Shown here: one piece after another, positions 34,894-46,499 of the stretch
How positions within the stretch are numbered: position 1 is the stretch's first letter
How the letters are laid out: the number at the start of each line of letters is the position of its first letter
Assembly: GCA_001829155.1 (NCBI GenBank)
Contig: MIAO01000116.1
Span: 4,182-68,181, forward strand
Length of the DNA: 64,000 bases
DNA from: Spirochaetes bacterium GWB1_36_13
Lineage (GTDB): Bacteria > Spirochaetota > GWB1-36-13
Direction of reading: 5' to 3'
The notes under the pieces: model-generated
Databases searched by the model: none
What the model was told of the DNA's origin: nothing
The model's input: only the letters and a program-made list of their open reading frames with translations
Program-made: the position numbers and the translations under genes

Positions 34894-34970
34894 ATTCAGG
34901 CTGTCGATTATTGTTTTAATTAACTCGGACTTCGGCTCCGCTCAGTGGTCGTGCAGCTTCGATTAATGAC
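34894..34970 (+). repeat. Intergenic repeat family B, copy 3 (lacks left hairpin arm)
   Basis: attcaggctgtcgattattgttttaattaactcggac|ttcggctccgctcagtg...cttcgattaatgac aligns with 58569-58668 apart from a roughly 23-nt deletion. Confidence 0.8.
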
Positions 34971-35261
34971 ACCATTGCTTGAACAACTAAATAGAAAATT
35001 TAAGCAATTCAGATAATCATCATTCTGAATTCCTCGTCTGAAATAAAATTTGACAATACTTTTAATCCCAGATCAGGGAAAAATCAAATTAAATCATGCA
35101 TCCGCCCAGATCAAAATCAAAAGAACCGTCTTTTTCTTCTACTCGAAATAATAATTTTGATTCTTTTTAGAAATCTGTTTTTTTTTTTAAGATTTTTCAC
35201 TAAATTTTCTTTTTAAACTTTGATTTTGAAGCTAAAAAAACGCAAAAAAGGATTCTTATTG

Positions 35262-37142
35262 ATGAAAAAGAATACAATGAAAGAAAAACTGAAATACCGT
35301 TTTGATAATCTTATGTCTAAAGGTACGGCAGCATTAATCGGCTGGCTTGGTTTTTTGACTGTGGTGTTAATTTTAGTCATTTCCACCATTGTTTGGCTTA
35401 CGGGACTGCTGCCGGATGATTTTCCAAAAATTCTCTGGAAAAGCTTTATGCATACGATAGACGGTGGAACTGTCGCAGGGGACGAAGGGGATTGGAGTTT
35501 CCTGTTTTTAATGCTGGTCATTACTCTTGGAGGAATTTTTATTTTAAGTATTCTGATTGGTATCCTGACCAGTGGAATTGAAGCCCGGCTTGATAAAATC
35601 AGAAAGGGGCGATCAAGGGTGATCGAAGAAGGGCATACGGTGATTTTAGGATGGTCAGAACAGGTTTTTACGATTATTAAAGAATTGTCTATTGCCAATT
35701 TAGTGAAAAAGAAAGCGTGTATTGTTGTTATGGCTTTGAAAGACAAGGTGGAGATGGAAGAAGAAATCCGTGAAAAAGTGGGAAAAACAGGAAAAACAAA
35801 AATTGTCTGCCGTTCGGGTGATCCGATTGATCTTACGGATCTGGAAATTGTCAGTCTGAATCAGTCAAAATCGGTTATTGTGCTTTCTTCTAAAGATGAA
35901 GATTCTGATTCAAGTGTGGTCAAAACCCTCCTTGCTATTACGAGCCATCCTTCCAGAAGAGAAGACTCTTTTCATATTGTAGCGGAAATCAGAGACCCTA
36001 AAAATTTGGAAATTGCTAAAATTGCTGGAAAAGGAGAAGCTGAACTCCTACTCGTAGGCGATCTGATTGCAAGAGTTGTGGCGCAAAGCTGCTTGAAAGA
36101 GGGGCTCTCTGTGGTGTATTCCGAGCTTCTGGATTTTGAAGGGGCAGAAATTTACTTTCATGCTGACCCTCTTTATAAAGGAAAAAAATTCAAAGAGATT
36201 CAATTTTATTACAAAGATTCTACTGTCATTGGGATTTTTAATAAAGAAGGAAAAACGCTCCTCAATCCTGATCCGGATACTGTTTTGGGAGAAAAAGAAG
36301 AAATTATCCTGATAGCCGAAGACAGTGAAAGTATTTTTCTTGCAAAGGAGAACCCTTATATTTACGAACAGGCTCTTGAAAAAAGCAAGTCAATCAATCC
36401 TTCAACTCAGAAAAATATTATATTGGGATGGAACTGGCGGCTTCCTATTATTGTCCGCGAACTGGATAAATATGTTCCTTCTTCATCTATTCTTCAATTG
36501 GTTTCAGATAAGGAAGACCCTGAAAAAGAAATCAAAAAATACTGTCCTGTTCTTACGAATCAGTCGGTTTCTTATACTGGAGCCGATATTACGGACAGAA
36601 GGGTTTTAGATGAATTAACGGAAGAAAGTTATGATAATTTTATCATTTTAAGCGATGATCGGATCGAGGCGCAGAAAGCAGATGCAAAAACTCTCATGAC
36701 GCTTCTTCATCTCAGGGAAATTTCAGAAAAACAGGGGAAGAATTTTTCAATTGTGACTGAAATGATGGATATCAAAAACAGAAATCTGGCTGCGGTTACC
36801 AAGGTCAATGATTTTATTATCAGCGATAAACTGATTAGTCTTTTGATTTCTCAGATTTCAGAAAACAAGGCGTTAAACCAGATTTTTGAAGAACTTTTTG
36901 ATGCTGAAGGCAATGAAATCTATATTAAGCCCGCAATTGATTATGTTCAAGCCGGCACTGAGGTGAATTTTTATACTGTGACCGAATCCGCTTCATTAAA
37001 AAGAGAAATCCCGATCGGCTATAAACTGAAAAAAGATTCTCAAAATGCTGATAAAGCTTACGGCATTGTGATTAATCCAGACAAGGCGCAAAAAATTGTA
37101 TTTGATATTAATGATAAAATTATCCTGATTGCAGAAGACTAA
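35262..37142 (+). CDS. CASTOR/POLLUX-like 2-TM ion channel with tandem RCK (TrkA-N-like) domains
   Basis: KYRFDNLMSKGT N-terminus. TM1, pore-like segment HTIDGGTVAG, TM2. Two Rossmann-like modules, HTVILGWSEQ and KNIILGWNWR. Start could be 35262 or 35277. Confidence 0.75.
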   Translation: MKKNTMKEKLKYRFDNLMSKGTAALIGWLGFLTVVLILVISTIVWLTGLLPDDFPKILWKSFMHTIDGGTVAGDEGDWSFLFLMLVITLGGIFILSILIGILTSGIEARLDKIRKGRSRVIEEGHTVILGWSEQVFTIIKELSIANLVKKKACIVVMALKDKVEMEEEIREKVGKTGKTKIVCRSGDPIDLTDLEIVSLNQSKSVIVLSSKDEDSDSSVVKTLLAITSHPSRREDSFHIVAEIRDPKNLEIAKIAGKGEAELLLVGDLIARVVAQSCLKEGLSVVYSELLDFEGAEIYFHADPLYKGKKFKEIQFYYKDSTVIGIFNKEGKTLLNPDPDTVLGEKEEIILIAEDSESIFLAKENPYIYEQALEKSKSINPSTQKNIILGWNWRLPIIVRELDKYVPSSSILQLVSDKEDPEKEIKKYCPVLTNQSVSYTGADITDRRVLDELTEESYDNFIILSDDRIEAQKADAKTLMTLLHLREISEKQGKNFSIVTEMMDIKNRNLAAVTKVNDFIISDKLISLLISQISENKALNQIFEELFDAEGNEIYIKPAIDYVQAGTEVNFYTVTESASLKREIPIGYKLKKDSQNADKAYGIVINPDKAQKIVFDINDKIILIAED

Positions 37143-37155
37143 AAAAGGAAACCTT

Positions 37156-37932
37156 ATGAAGCTGAAAATTCATCCAAAAGAAGAAATTTATTTTATCTTT
37201 TCAATTATGTGGAGTCTGATTTTTTACTACGGGCTGGTTCAATTTATTTATTCTTTGAACCAAATTTCTGACTCAGTCGCCACAAGAACCCTCATTCGGC
37301 TCTATGTTACTTATATAGGACTGATTATCATTTACATTGTTTTTTATAAAGGATTTTTAGTGGGTTATATCAGAAATAATGCAGTCAGGATTCACAGTGC
37401 GCAGCTGCCTGAAATTTATGAAATTTTCAAAGAGATAGCATCGAAAATGGGATTTCGAAAAGTGCCTGAACTTTATGTTCTTCAGTCAGGCGGAGTTTTG
37501 AATGCGTTTGCGGCCCGGTTTTGGGGAAAAAACATGGTGGTGATTTATTCTGATATTCTTGAAACGGCTTATGAAGACGGAAGGGAAACAACCGCTTTTA
37601 TCCTTGCCCATGAGCTGGCGCATTTAAAACGCTTTCACACCACTAAAATGCTTCTTCTTTTTCCCGCAAAATTTTTTCCGTTTTTAATGCCGGCTTATAA
37701 GAGAGGGTGTGAATATACCTGTGATAGGGCTGGTTTTGAAATTGAGCCTGTCGGCGCCAGAAAAGGGCTTTTGCTTCTTGCGGGAGGAAAAAAACTCTAT
37801 TCAAAAATCAAGGTGGATGAATTTGTAAAACAGTCAAAAGAGGCAAGAGGTTTTTGGTCGTGGTTTTCCAAATCAGCTTCAACTCATCCTCCTCTTCCGA
37901 AAAGATTGAGCAATCTGGGAATTGAAAATTAA
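37156..37932 (+). CDS. M48-family zinc metallopeptidase, membrane-anchored
   Basis: HELAHLKRFH (HExxH) and two N-terminal TM helices. The track start at 37129 is an extension. Confidence 0.8.
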   Translation: MKLKIHPKEEIYFIFSIMWSLIFYYGLVQFIYSLNQISDSVATRTLIRLYVTYIGLIIIYIVFYKGFLVGYIRNNAVRIHSAQLPEIYEIFKEIASKMGFRKVPELYVLQSGGVLNAFAARFWGKNMVVIYSDILETAYEDGRETTAFILAHELAHLKRFHTTKMLLLFPAKFFPFLMPAYKRGCEYTCDRAGFEIEPVGARKGLLLLAGGKKLYSKIKVDEFVKQSKEARGFWSWFSKSASTHPPLPKRLSNLGIEN

Positions 37933-37958
37933 AAAAGAAGTTTATACAAGGATGAATA

Positions 37959-39815
37959 ATGGGACTTAAAAGGGATTTAAAACTGATCGATGTATTTAGT
38001 ATCGCATCAGGCGCAATGATCAGCTCCGGTCTTTTTATTCTTCCCGGAATTGCTTTTGTGAAAGCCGGACCAGGAATGATTATTTCTTATTTTTTAGCAG
38101 GAATTCTTGCTTTGACGGGAGCTTTGAGCCAGTCTGAACTTGTGTCGGCAATGCCGAAAGCGGGGGGCGAGTATTTTTATACGGTGAGAAGCATGGGACC
38201 AGCGATTGGAACCATTAATGGAATGATTTCATGGTTTTCCATTACTTTAAAAAGTTCTTTTTCACTGATCGGTATGGCAGCGTTTGTCAATATTCTTTTT
38301 CATTTTAACATTGAAATCATAGCGGTTGTGCTGACCATTCTTTTTTTAATACTCAATATTATCGGCGTGAAAGAGGCGGGGCGTTTTCAGGTTGTTTTAG
38401 TGATCGGGCTGATCGGGCTTCTTGTTTTTTTTGTTTTAAATGGAATTAATCAGGTCAATGCGGATAATCTTATCCCTTTTGCCGCAAAAGGCTGGGGGGC
38501 TGTTTTTTCTACAGCCGGTTTTGTTTTCGTTTCATACGGCGGGCTTTTAAAAATCGGGAGCGTAGCAGAAGAAACCCAGAATCCGGGAAGAAATATTCCT
38601 CTGGGAATGTTTTTGGCTCTTTTGGTGGTAGGCGTTTTATATACGATGGTGGTTTTTGTGACAACGGGAGTTTTAGGGGTAAACTTAGTACCGGACGGGA
38701 TTCCGACACTCATGCCTATTTCGGATGCAGCGGAAGTCTTTTTAGGAAAACCTGGAAAAATCGCTTTAAGCATTGCTGCTGTGCTTGCTTTTGTGTCAAC
38801 GGCAAATGCGGGAATCATGGCTGCCTCGCGTTATCCGATGGCATTAAGCCGGGATAATCTTTTACCTCTTTTTTTTGGAAAAATCAGTAAAAAATTCGGA
38901 ACGCCTTTTTTATCAATTCTTTTAACAGGTGTGATTATGGCGCTTTCGTTTTTTCTTCAGCTTGAGTTTTTGGTAAAAGCGGCTTCAACTGTTATATTGT
39001 TTAATTTTATTCTTTCCTGTCTTTCCGTGATGATTCTCCGATTCAGTAAAATTCAGAATTACAGACCCAGTTTTAAATCTCCCCTTTTTCCATGGATTCA
39101 GATTGTCGGAATCGGCGGATTTGTCTTTTTAATCATTGAAATGGGAAAAGAGGCTCTTTTAATGAGCTTATTGATGGCTCTGGCAGGGCTTCTTGTTTAT
39201 CTGTTTTATGGAAGAAACAGATCAAAAAAAGAGTATGCCCTTCTTCATCTGATTGAAAGAATTACCAACAAGGCTTTTGTATCCAGAAAATTAGAGACTG
39301 AGCTGAAAGAAATTATCAGGGAAAGGGATAATATTATCCAGGACCGTTTTGATGAAATTATTGAAAACAGTCTTGTTTTGGATATTGAAAACCCTATGAC
39401 AGAAGAAGAGCTTTTCCAATTTTTGGCAGAGAAAATGTCTTCCCGTTTTCATATATCTCCAGAGGAATTTTACAGACTTTTAATAGAAAGGGAAAAGCAA
39501 AGCTCCACAGCGCTTACTCCTTATCTTGCTATTCCCCATATCGTAATTTCAGGGATTAAGCTTTTTGATATTATGATGGTCAGACTGAAAAAAGGAGTTG
39601 GTTTTTCGGCTGAGTGTCCGGATATCCGAGCTGTCTTTGTTTTAGCGGGAAGCCAGGATGAAAGAAATTTCCACTTAAGGGCAATTTCTGCAATAGCGCA
39701 GATTGTTCAGAATAAAGAATTTGAAAAACGGTGGGAAAAGGCAAAAAACATTGAAGAATTGAGAGATATTGTTCTTCTTGGCAAACGACACAGGCATTCC
39801 GGTTTAGAAAAATAG
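37959..39815 (+). CDS. APC-superfamily amino-acid permease fused to a C-terminal PTS EIIA type-2 (EIIA-Ntr-like) domain
   Basis: About 12 TM helices with MPKAGGEYFY. The C-terminal roughly 150 aa carry the EIIA-2 active-site context TPYLAIPHIV. Confidence 0.78.
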   Translation: MGLKRDLKLIDVFSIASGAMISSGLFILPGIAFVKAGPGMIISYFLAGILALTGALSQSELVSAMPKAGGEYFYTVRSMGPAIGTINGMISWFSITLKSSFSLIGMAAFVNILFHFNIEIIAVVLTILFLILNIIGVKEAGRFQVVLVIGLIGLLVFFVLNGINQVNADNLIPFAAKGWGAVFSTAGFVFVSYGGLLKIGSVAEETQNPGRNIPLGMFLALLVVGVLYTMVVFVTTGVLGVNLVPDGIPTLMPISDAAEVFLGKPGKIALSIAAVLAFVSTANAGIMAASRYPMALSRDNLLPLFFGKISKKFGTPFLSILLTGVIMALSFFLQLEFLVKAASTVILFNFILSCLSVMILRFSKIQNYRPSFKSPLFPWIQIVGIGGFVFLIIEMGKEALLMSLLMALAGLLVYLFYGRNRSKKEYALLHLIERITNKAFVSRKLETELKEIIRERDNIIQDRFDEIIENSLVLDIENPMTEEELFQFLAEKMSSRFHISPEEFYRLLIEREKQSSTALTPYLAIPHIVISGIKLFDIMMVRLKKGVGFSAECPDIRAVFVLAGSQDERNFHLRAISAIAQIVQNKEFEKRWEKAKNIEELRDIVLLGKRHRHSGLEK

Positions 39816-39859
39816 ATATACTAAACAAAATATAAATTGTCCGTTTTTATATTTACTTT

Positions 39860-39962
39860 GTCATTTCCGCGAAGGCTAGAATCTATTGACAATAAGTGTT
39901 TTAAGTAACAGATTCCGGTCTTTTGCAAGCAAAAACCGGAATGACAGGCGGTCATTTTATAA
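39860..39962 (-). repeat. Intergenic repeat family A, copy 4 (full length)
   Basis: gtcatttccgcgaaggctagaatctattgacaataagtgttttaagtaacagattccggtcttttgcaagcaaaaaccggaatgac. The right hairpin is identical to the reverse complement of copy 1. Confidence 0.85.
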
Positions 39963-40259
39963 TTAGATTACTATAGAACTCGTGTATCAGTAAAAAAAGT
40001 GAAAGAAAATATTTTTTTTGTTTTTTCATCTCAATAAGTTTAAATTTATTGGAGAAAACACGGAAAATTAAAGTTTTCAAAATTATTTTTTGTTCAATTT
40101 CGTTCAGTTTTTTAAAGCTTTCAGGATGATTTCAGGCTTGCTTGAAAGAAAGTGGGTATAAATCATATTTTTGTTTTGTTTTTTTATTTTGAAAGTATTA
40201 AATTTAAATAACTATTTTCTGCAAATTTTATTTTAAATAAATATAAAAGGATTGTGCGA

Positions 40260-40637
40260 ATGCCAACAATAAATCAGCTCATCAGAAAGGGCAGAGAGAA
40301 AGTCCAATGGAAAAGTAAATCTCCAGCCCTCACGAATTGTCCTCAAAGAAGAGGAGTATGTGTAAGGGTTATGACTCTGACTCCAAAAAAACCTAACTCG
40401 GCTTTAAGAAAAGCGGCGAGAGTTCGTCTTTCAAATGGTTATGAAATTACAGGATATATTCCTGGAGTAGGACATAATCTTCAGGAACACTCCGTTGTTT
40501 TAGTCAGAGGGGGACGGGTAAAGGACCTTCCGGGTGTTCGTTATCACATTGTCCGTGGTGCGTTGGATTCTGCGGGGGTTGAAGGCAGAAAGAGATCAAG
40601 ATCGAAGTATGGAACTAAAAAGCCTAAGAAGGCCTAG
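40260..40637 (+). CDS. rpsL: 30S ribosomal protein uS12
   Basis: [12 protein letters not shown]...[12 protein letters not shown] at 40260 (the track start is a GTG 6 nt upstream). Confidence 0.97.
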   Translation: MPTINQLIRKGREKVQWKSKSPALTNCPQRRGVCVRVMTLTPKKPNSALRKAARVRLSNGYEITGYIPGVGHNLQEHSVVLVRGGRVKDLPGVRYHIVRGALDSAGVEGRKRSRSKYGTKKPKKA

Positions 40638-40643
40638 AGATAA

Positions 40644-41129
<486 letters not shown>

Positions 41130-41154
41130 GCTTTAAAACGAGGAGGAGAAGAGC

Positions 41155-43236
41155 GTGGCAGAGAATATGCCTTTAGACAGGGTTAGAAATATCGGGATTA
41201 TGGCTCATATTGACGCCGGCAAGACGACAACGACTGAAAGAGTCTTGTATTATACAGGTAAAATACATAAGATAGGCGAAGTTCATGAAGGCGCAGCTGA
41301 AATGGACTGGATGGAGCAGGAGAAAGAAAGAGGAATTACGATTACAAGTGCGGCGACGACTTGTTTCTGGAATGATCACCGGATTAATATTATTGATACT
41401 CCGGGTCACGTTGACTTTACGATTGAAGTAGAGAGATCTCTTCGGGTATTGGACGGGGCGGTTGGTGTATTTGACGCGGTAAACGGAGTTGAGCCTCAGT
41501 CTGAAACTGTCTGGAGACAGGCAGATAAATATCATGTTCCTAGAATTGCTTTTATGAATAAAATGGATAAGATCGGAGCAGACTTTTTATGGTCTGTGAA
41601 AACCATGCATGAACGACTTGGAGCTAATGCGGTTCCTATTCAGCTTCCAATTGGAGCGGAAGATAAATTAAAGGGAATTATTGATTTAGTAGAGATGAAA
41701 GCCTGGGTCTGGGGTGGTGAAGAACTTGGAGCAAAGTACGATATTGTAGATATTCCGGCTGATTTGTTGGATAGTGCGAAAGAGCAGAGAGAGAAACTTC
41801 TTGAAGCTTTATCAGATATCGATGAAGTAGTCATGGCTAAATTTTTGGATGGCGTAGAGCCTACTATTCCTGAAATTAAAAACGCAATTCGAAGCGGAGT
41901 TGTTGCATTTAAAATCTTTCCTGTACTCTGTGGAAGTTCTTTTAAAAATAAAGGTGTTCAGCCTCTTTTAAATGCTGTTGTTGACTATCTTCCTTCTCCT
42001 TTGGATATTGGTGGAAAAAAAGGAATTAATCTTGATACTCAGCAGGAAGAAATTAGAATGCCGAAAGCAGACGAGTCTTTTTCAGCGCTTGCTTTTAAAA
42101 TTATGACAGACCCTTATGTAGGAAAGCTTTGCTTTACTCGTATTTACTCAGGGGTTTTAGAATCTGGAAGTTATGTTTATAATGTGAGTAAGGGGCAGAG
42201 AGAGAGAATCGGACGGATTCTGATGATGCATGCCAATAAAAGAGAAGAAGTGAAATCCGCGAGCGCGGGTGACATTGTCGCGATTGTCGGTTTGAAAAAT
42301 ACCTTGACCGGTGATACGCTTTGTCAGGAAGGGAAACCTATTCTTCTTGAAAAAATTGATTTTCCTGAGCCGGTTATCTCGATTGCGGTCGAGCCGAAAA
42401 CAAAAAATGATCAGGAGAAATTGACCACTGCTCTTATTAAACTGGGAGAAGAAGATCCTTCTTTCAGAGTCAATGTAGATGAAGAAACCGGACAGACTAT
42501 TATCCGGGGAATGGGTGAGCTTCACCTTGAGATTATTGTTGACCGGATGAAAAGAGAGTTTAAGGTAGAAGTCAATCAGGGGAAACCTCAGGTTGCCTAT
42601 CGGGAAACAATCAAGCAAAAAGCAAAAGCAGAAGGAAAATATATCAAGCAAACGGGTGGACGGGGACAGTATGGGCATGTTCTTATTGAACTTGAACCGC
42701 TTGAGCCTGGAAAAGGTTTTGTTTTTGTGGATAAGATTTCCGGCGGTAGAATTCCTAAAGAATATATTGCTCCGGTTGGAAAAGGTATTGAAGAAGCGCT
42801 GCTTCGCGGTGTATTGGCAGGATATCCGGTTGTTGACATTCAGGCAACTCTTTATGACGGTTCCTATCATGATGTTGACTCATCGGAAATGGCTTTTAAA
42901 ATTGCGGGTTCTATGGCGTTTAAAGAAGCTGCTATGAAGGCTGGGATGGCAATCCTTGAACCGATTATGGGAATTGAAATTGTGACTCCTGAAGATTATA
43001 TGGGTGATGTTATCGGAGACTTAAACGCTCGAAGAGGAAGAACAAAAGAAGTGGTGGATCGTTTTGGTGCAAAAGTGATTCATGGTGAAGTTCCTCTTGC
43101 TGAGATGTTTGGTTATGCTACCACTCTTCGATCGAAAACGCAGGGTAGAGCAAACTACAGTATGCAGTTTGATCATTATGAAGAAGTTCCTCGAAATATT
43201 AGAGAAGAACTTGCGGCGAAAGCAGCTGGTAAATAA
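41155..43236 (+). CDS. fusA: Elongation factor G
   Basis: [17 protein letters not shown] and NKMD GTPase motifs. 693 aa. GTG start (alternative ATG at 41167). Confidence 0.97.
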   Translation: MAENMPLDRVRNIGIMAHIDAGKTTTTERVLYYTGKIHKIGEVHEGAAEMDWMEQEKERGITITSAATTCFWNDHRINIIDTPGHVDFTIEVERSLRVLDGAVGVFDAVNGVEPQSETVWRQADKYHVPRIAFMNKMDKIGADFLWSVKTMHERLGANAVPIQLPIGAEDKLKGIIDLVEMKAWVWGGEELGAKYDIVDIPADLLDSAKEQREKLLEALSDIDEVVMAKFLDGVEPTIPEIKNAIRSGVVAFKIFPVLCGSSFKNKGVQPLLNAVVDYLPSPLDIGGKKGINLDTQQEEIRMPKADESFSALAFKIMTDPYVGKLCFTRIYSGVLESGSYVYNVSKGQRERIGRILMMHANKREEVKSASAGDIVAIVGLKNTLTGDTLCQEGKPILLEKIDFPEPVISIAVEPKTKNDQEKLTTALIKLGEEDPSFRVNVDEETGQTIIRGMGELHLEIIVDRMKREFKVEVNQGKPQVAYRETIKQKAKAEGKYIKQTGGRGQYGHVLIELEPLEPGKGFVFVDKISGGRIPKEYIAPVGKGIEEALLRGVLAGYPVVDIQATLYDGSYHDVDSSEMAFKIAGSMAFKEAAMKAGMAILEPIMGIEIVTPEDYMGDVIGDLNARRGRTKEVVDRFGAKVIHGEVPLAEMFGYATTLRSKTQGRANYSMQFDHYEEVPRNIREELAAKAAGK

Positions 43237-43284
43237 TAAAATTTAAATAATTGAAAAAAAAGAAAGAACAATGGAGGCTATAAA

Positions 43285-44499
43285 ATGGCTAAAGAAAAGT
43301 TTCAGAGAACGAAACCTCACGTAAATGTCGGTACTATCGGACATGTAGACCACGGAAAAACAACTTTGACTGCGGCAATGACATTTGTTGCTGCAAAATT
43401 ATGGAATGCGGCGCTCGCAAAAGATTATAATGATATCGATAATGCGCCAGAGGAAAAAGAAAGAGGAATTACAATCAACACTGCCCATGTTGAGTATGAA
43501 ACAGCTTTAAGACACTATGCGCATGTTGACTGTCCAGGTCACGCCGACTATGTTAAAAACATGATTACTGGTGCCGCTCAAATGGATGGTGCGGTTCTGG
43601 TTGTATCTGCTCCAGACGGACCAATGCCTCAAACACGAGAGCACATCCTTCTTGCAAGACAGGTCGGGGTTCCTTATATCGTCGTTTTTATGAATAAAGT
43701 CGATATGGTGGATGAAGAAGAACTTCTTGAAGTTGCAGAAATGGAAATCAGAGAGCTTCTGAATAAATACGAATTCCCAGGTGATGATATCCCTATTATT
43801 AAAGGTTCTGCGTTAAAAGCTCTTGAAAAAGCAAAAGAGGGGACAATTTCAGTGGATGATCCTGTGATCAAACCTATGATTGAACTTTTTAACGCTCTTG
43901 ACAGCTATATTCCTGAGCCGAAAAGAGATACAGAAAAACCTTTCTTAATGCCTGTAGAAGATGTTTTCTCTATTACTGGTAGAGGAACTGTTGTAACAGG
44001 AAGAGTAGAAAGAGGAATTGTAAAAGTCGGTGAAGAGCTTGAATTGATCGGGTTAAGTCATGTTAACACTAAAACAATTGTTACTGGTGTTGAAATGTTT
44101 AGAAAAGAACTGGATCAAGGGATTGCTGGAGATAATGTTGGTCTTCTTTTAAGAGGAATTAAAAAAGAAGATGTTGAAAGAGGACAAGTTCTTGCGAAAC
44201 CAGGATCAATCACTCCTCATACTCAATTTACAGCTCAAGTCTATGTCTTGACAAAAGAAGAAGGCGGAAGACATAAACCTTTCGTAACTGGATACAGACC
44301 TCAGTTCTATTTCAGAACAACCGATGTAACCGGAAACATCACTTTAAAAGAAGGTCAGCAGGTTATTATGCCGGGTGACAACACTGAAATTAATGTAGAA
44401 CTTCTTTACCCTGTTGCGATGGAAGAAGGTCTCCGATTTGCGATCAGAGAAGGCGGAAGAACAATCGGTGCCGGTGTCGTTGCAAAAATTATTAAATAA
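43285..44499 (+). CDS. tuf: Elongation factor Tu
   Basis: [17 protein letters not shown] and NKVD motifs. 404 aa. Confidence 0.98.
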   Translation: MAKEKFQRTKPHVNVGTIGHVDHGKTTLTAAMTFVAAKLWNAALAKDYNDIDNAPEEKERGITINTAHVEYETALRHYAHVDCPGHADYVKNMITGAAQMDGAVLVVSAPDGPMPQTREHILLARQVGVPYIVVFMNKVDMVDEEELLEVAEMEIRELLNKYEFPGDDIPIIKGSALKALEKAKEGTISVDDPVIKPMIELFNALDSYIPEPKRDTEKPFLMPVEDVFSITGRGTVVTGRVERGIVKVGEELELIGLSHVNTKTIVTGVEMFRKELDQGIAGDNVGLLLRGIKKEDVERGQVLAKPGSITPHTQFTAQVYVLTKEEGGRHKPFVTGYRPQFYFRTTDVTGNITLKEGQQVIMPGDNTEINVELLYPVAMEEGLRFAIREGGRTIGAGVVAKIIK

Positions 44500-44513
44500 A
44501 AATTGAGGAAGAA

Positions 44514-44819
44514 ATGGTAGGAAATAGAATCCGTATTAAACTGAAGAGCTTTGATCATAACCTGATTGAAAGTTCGATTAAAAATATTTTGGAAGCCTTG
44601 TCTCGTGTAGGCGCAAAAACTTCGGGGCCGGTTCCCCTTCCTACTCAATTTAAGAAATATACTGTGACTCGATCTCCACATGTTGACAAGAGATCGAGAG
44701 AGCAGTTTGAAATCAGAGTTCATAAGAGACTGATTGATATCCTCGAACCTGATGAAAAAACAATTGAGGCTTTAAAAGAGTTGAAACTCCCTACAGGGGT
44801 TGAAGTAGAAATTAAGTAA
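44514..44819 (+). CDS. rpsJ: 30S ribosomal protein uS10
   Basis: IRIKLKSFDH...GPVPLPT. Confidence 0.97.
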   Translation: MVGNRIRIKLKSFDHNLIESSIKNILEALSRVGAKTSGPVPLPTQFKKYTVTRSPHVDKRSREQFEIRVHKRLIDILEPDEKTIEALKELKLPTGVEVEIK

Positions 44820-44857
44820 GCCGGAAAAAGAGAAATAAAAAATAAAGGAAGACGAGA

Positions 44858-45496
44858 ATGCCGCTGGGGATAATAGGTAAAAAAATAGGGATGACACAGG
44901 TTTACGGCGAAAATGGAAATGTTCTGCCTGTAACAGCAGTTTTGGTTGGACCTTGCCAGGTATTGGAAATTAAAACTTCTGAAAAAAATGGATACTCTGC
45001 AGTGAAGCTTGGATATCTCGAAAAGACAAAAAATGTCAATAAACCTGAAAACGGTTATTTTGAAGCGATATCTAAAGCAGCAGATAAAAAAATTACTCCC
45101 AAAAAGATGCTCAAAGAGTTTAGAACAGAAAATATATCCCTGAATATCGGCGATGTAATCAATGCTGATATGTTTCAAGAAGGCGAAAGCGTAGATGTAG
45201 TTGCGACCAGTAAAGGAAAAGGGTTCCAGGGTGTTATTAAAAGATATCACTTTGCTGGAGGACCGGCAGCGCATGGTTCTAAATTTCATAGAAAACCTGG
45301 ATCAATCGGTGCTCACACCTTTCCTGCAAAAGTCTGGAAAGGTCAGAAAATGCCTGGACATATGGGCTGTGAAACCGTTCAGATTAAAAATCTGAAAATT
45401 GTGAAAATAGATAATGAAAACAGCCTGATATTAGTAAAAGGCGCAATTCCAGGTCCTGCAAAAGGGATTGTATATCTTTATAAGAAAGAAAAATAA
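44858..45496 (+). CDS. rplC: 50S ribosomal protein uL3
   Basis: GIIGKKIGMTQV...KGKGFQGV. Confidence 0.97.
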   Translation: MPLGIIGKKIGMTQVYGENGNVLPVTAVLVGPCQVLEIKTSEKNGYSAVKLGYLEKTKNVNKPENGYFEAISKAADKKITPKKMLKEFRTENISLNIGDVINADMFQEGESVDVVATSKGKGFQGVIKRYHFAGGPAAHGSKFHRKPGSIGAHTFPAKVWKGQKMPGHMGCETVQIKNLKIVKIDNENSLILVKGAIPGPAKGIVYLYKKEK

Positions 45497-45513
45497 AAGA
45501 ACAGGTAGCTGTA

Positions 45514-46161
45514 ATGGAAAAAAAATTATATGATGCTGTAGGAAATGAAGCAGGCAACTTGACTGTGAGCGGTTCATTGTTTACTCAGGAAGTGAAAAAG
45601 TTCCTGATTTATGAAAAAATTAAAAATGAACTAGCAAATCAAAGACTTGGCACTGCTTGTACTAAAACAAAAGGCGAAGTCAGAGGCGGCGGAAAAAAAC
45701 CTTGGAAACAAAAAGGAACTGGTCGGGCAAGATCAGGAAGTACCCGTTCTCCAATCTGGGTCGGCGGTGGTATTGTATTTGGACCGAGACCGAGAGACTA
45801 CGGCTATCAATTGAACAAAAAAATGAAAAAATTGGCTCTGGTTCATACTCTTGCTTATAAATTGCAAGACAGCGAGTGCGTAAAAATCGTAAAAGATTTT
45901 ACCATCGAATCAGCAAAAACGAAAGACGCTTATGCGCTTATCAAAAAAGTCAATCAGAACAAAGAAGAGAGAACTCTTGTTATTTTTAATAACGAAGACG
46001 CCAATTTAAAAAGAGCTCTCAGAAACATACCTTGGGTAAAATATATGTCTGCAGACAGACTTGCAGCTCATGAAATGTTTTATGCGAAGCATATCATTAT
46101 CATGGAAGGCGCATTGAAAAAAATTGAAGAAAAATACGGCGCTTTTGCGCAAAGTAACTAA
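45514..46161 (+). CDS. rplD: 50S ribosomal protein uL4
   Basis: KPWKQKGTGRARSGS motif. Confidence 0.96.
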   Translation: MEKKLYDAVGNEAGNLTVSGSLFTQEVKKFLIYEKIKNELANQRLGTACTKTKGEVRGGGKKPWKQKGTGRARSGSTRSPIWVGGGIVFGPRPRDYGYQLNKKMKKLALVHTLAYKLQDSECVKIVKDFTIESAKTKDAYALIKKVNQNKEERTLVIFNNEDANLKRALRNIPWVKYMSADRLAAHEMFYAKHIIIMEGALKKIEEKYGAFAQSN

Positions 46162-46175
46162 TTAAGAGGCACAGT

Positions 46176-46469
46176 ATGAAGCTGGATTTAAACGACATCA
46201 TTAAAGAACCTGTGGTCAGCGAAAAAAGCACTGATTTAGCTTCCAAGCAGAAATTTGTATTTAAAGTACATAAATTTGCAAATAAGCCAATGGTAAAAAA
46301 AGCGCTTGAATCACTTTATGATGTGAAAGTAGATAAATGTAACATCATTAATCTCAAGGGAAAAGAAATTAGAACCAAGCAAGGTGGCTACTCGTATACT
46401 TATGGTTATAAAAAAGTTGTTGTGACCTTAAAAGAAGGACAATTTGACTTTTTCGAAACCAACCAATAA
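46176..46469 (+). CDS. rplW: 50S ribosomal protein uL23
   Basis: Size, position and sequence (IIKEPVVSEKS). Confidence 0.95.
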   Translation: MKLDLNDIIKEPVVSEKSTDLASKQKFVFKVHKFANKPMVKKALESLYDVKVDKCNIINLKGKEIRTKQGGYSYTYGYKKVVVTLKEGQFDFFETNQ

Positions 46470-46499
46470 ATTTAAAAACTCAAAAGTGAGAGAGGAAAA

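Noticed and set aside
35213-35746. 177-aa minus-strand ORF opposite the channel gene start
   Set aside because: It is antisense to a well-supported channel CDS. The product is low-complexity and the ORF is probably spurious.
42157-42870. 237-aa minus-strand ORF within fusA
   Set aside because: It lies entirely inside the highly conserved EF-G coding region. The translation is Phe/Asn/Ser-rich nonsense typical of an antisense frame.
44720-45289. 189-aa minus-strand ORF across rpsJ/rplC
   Set aside because: It overlaps two conserved ribosomal protein genes on the opposite strand and has no independent signals.
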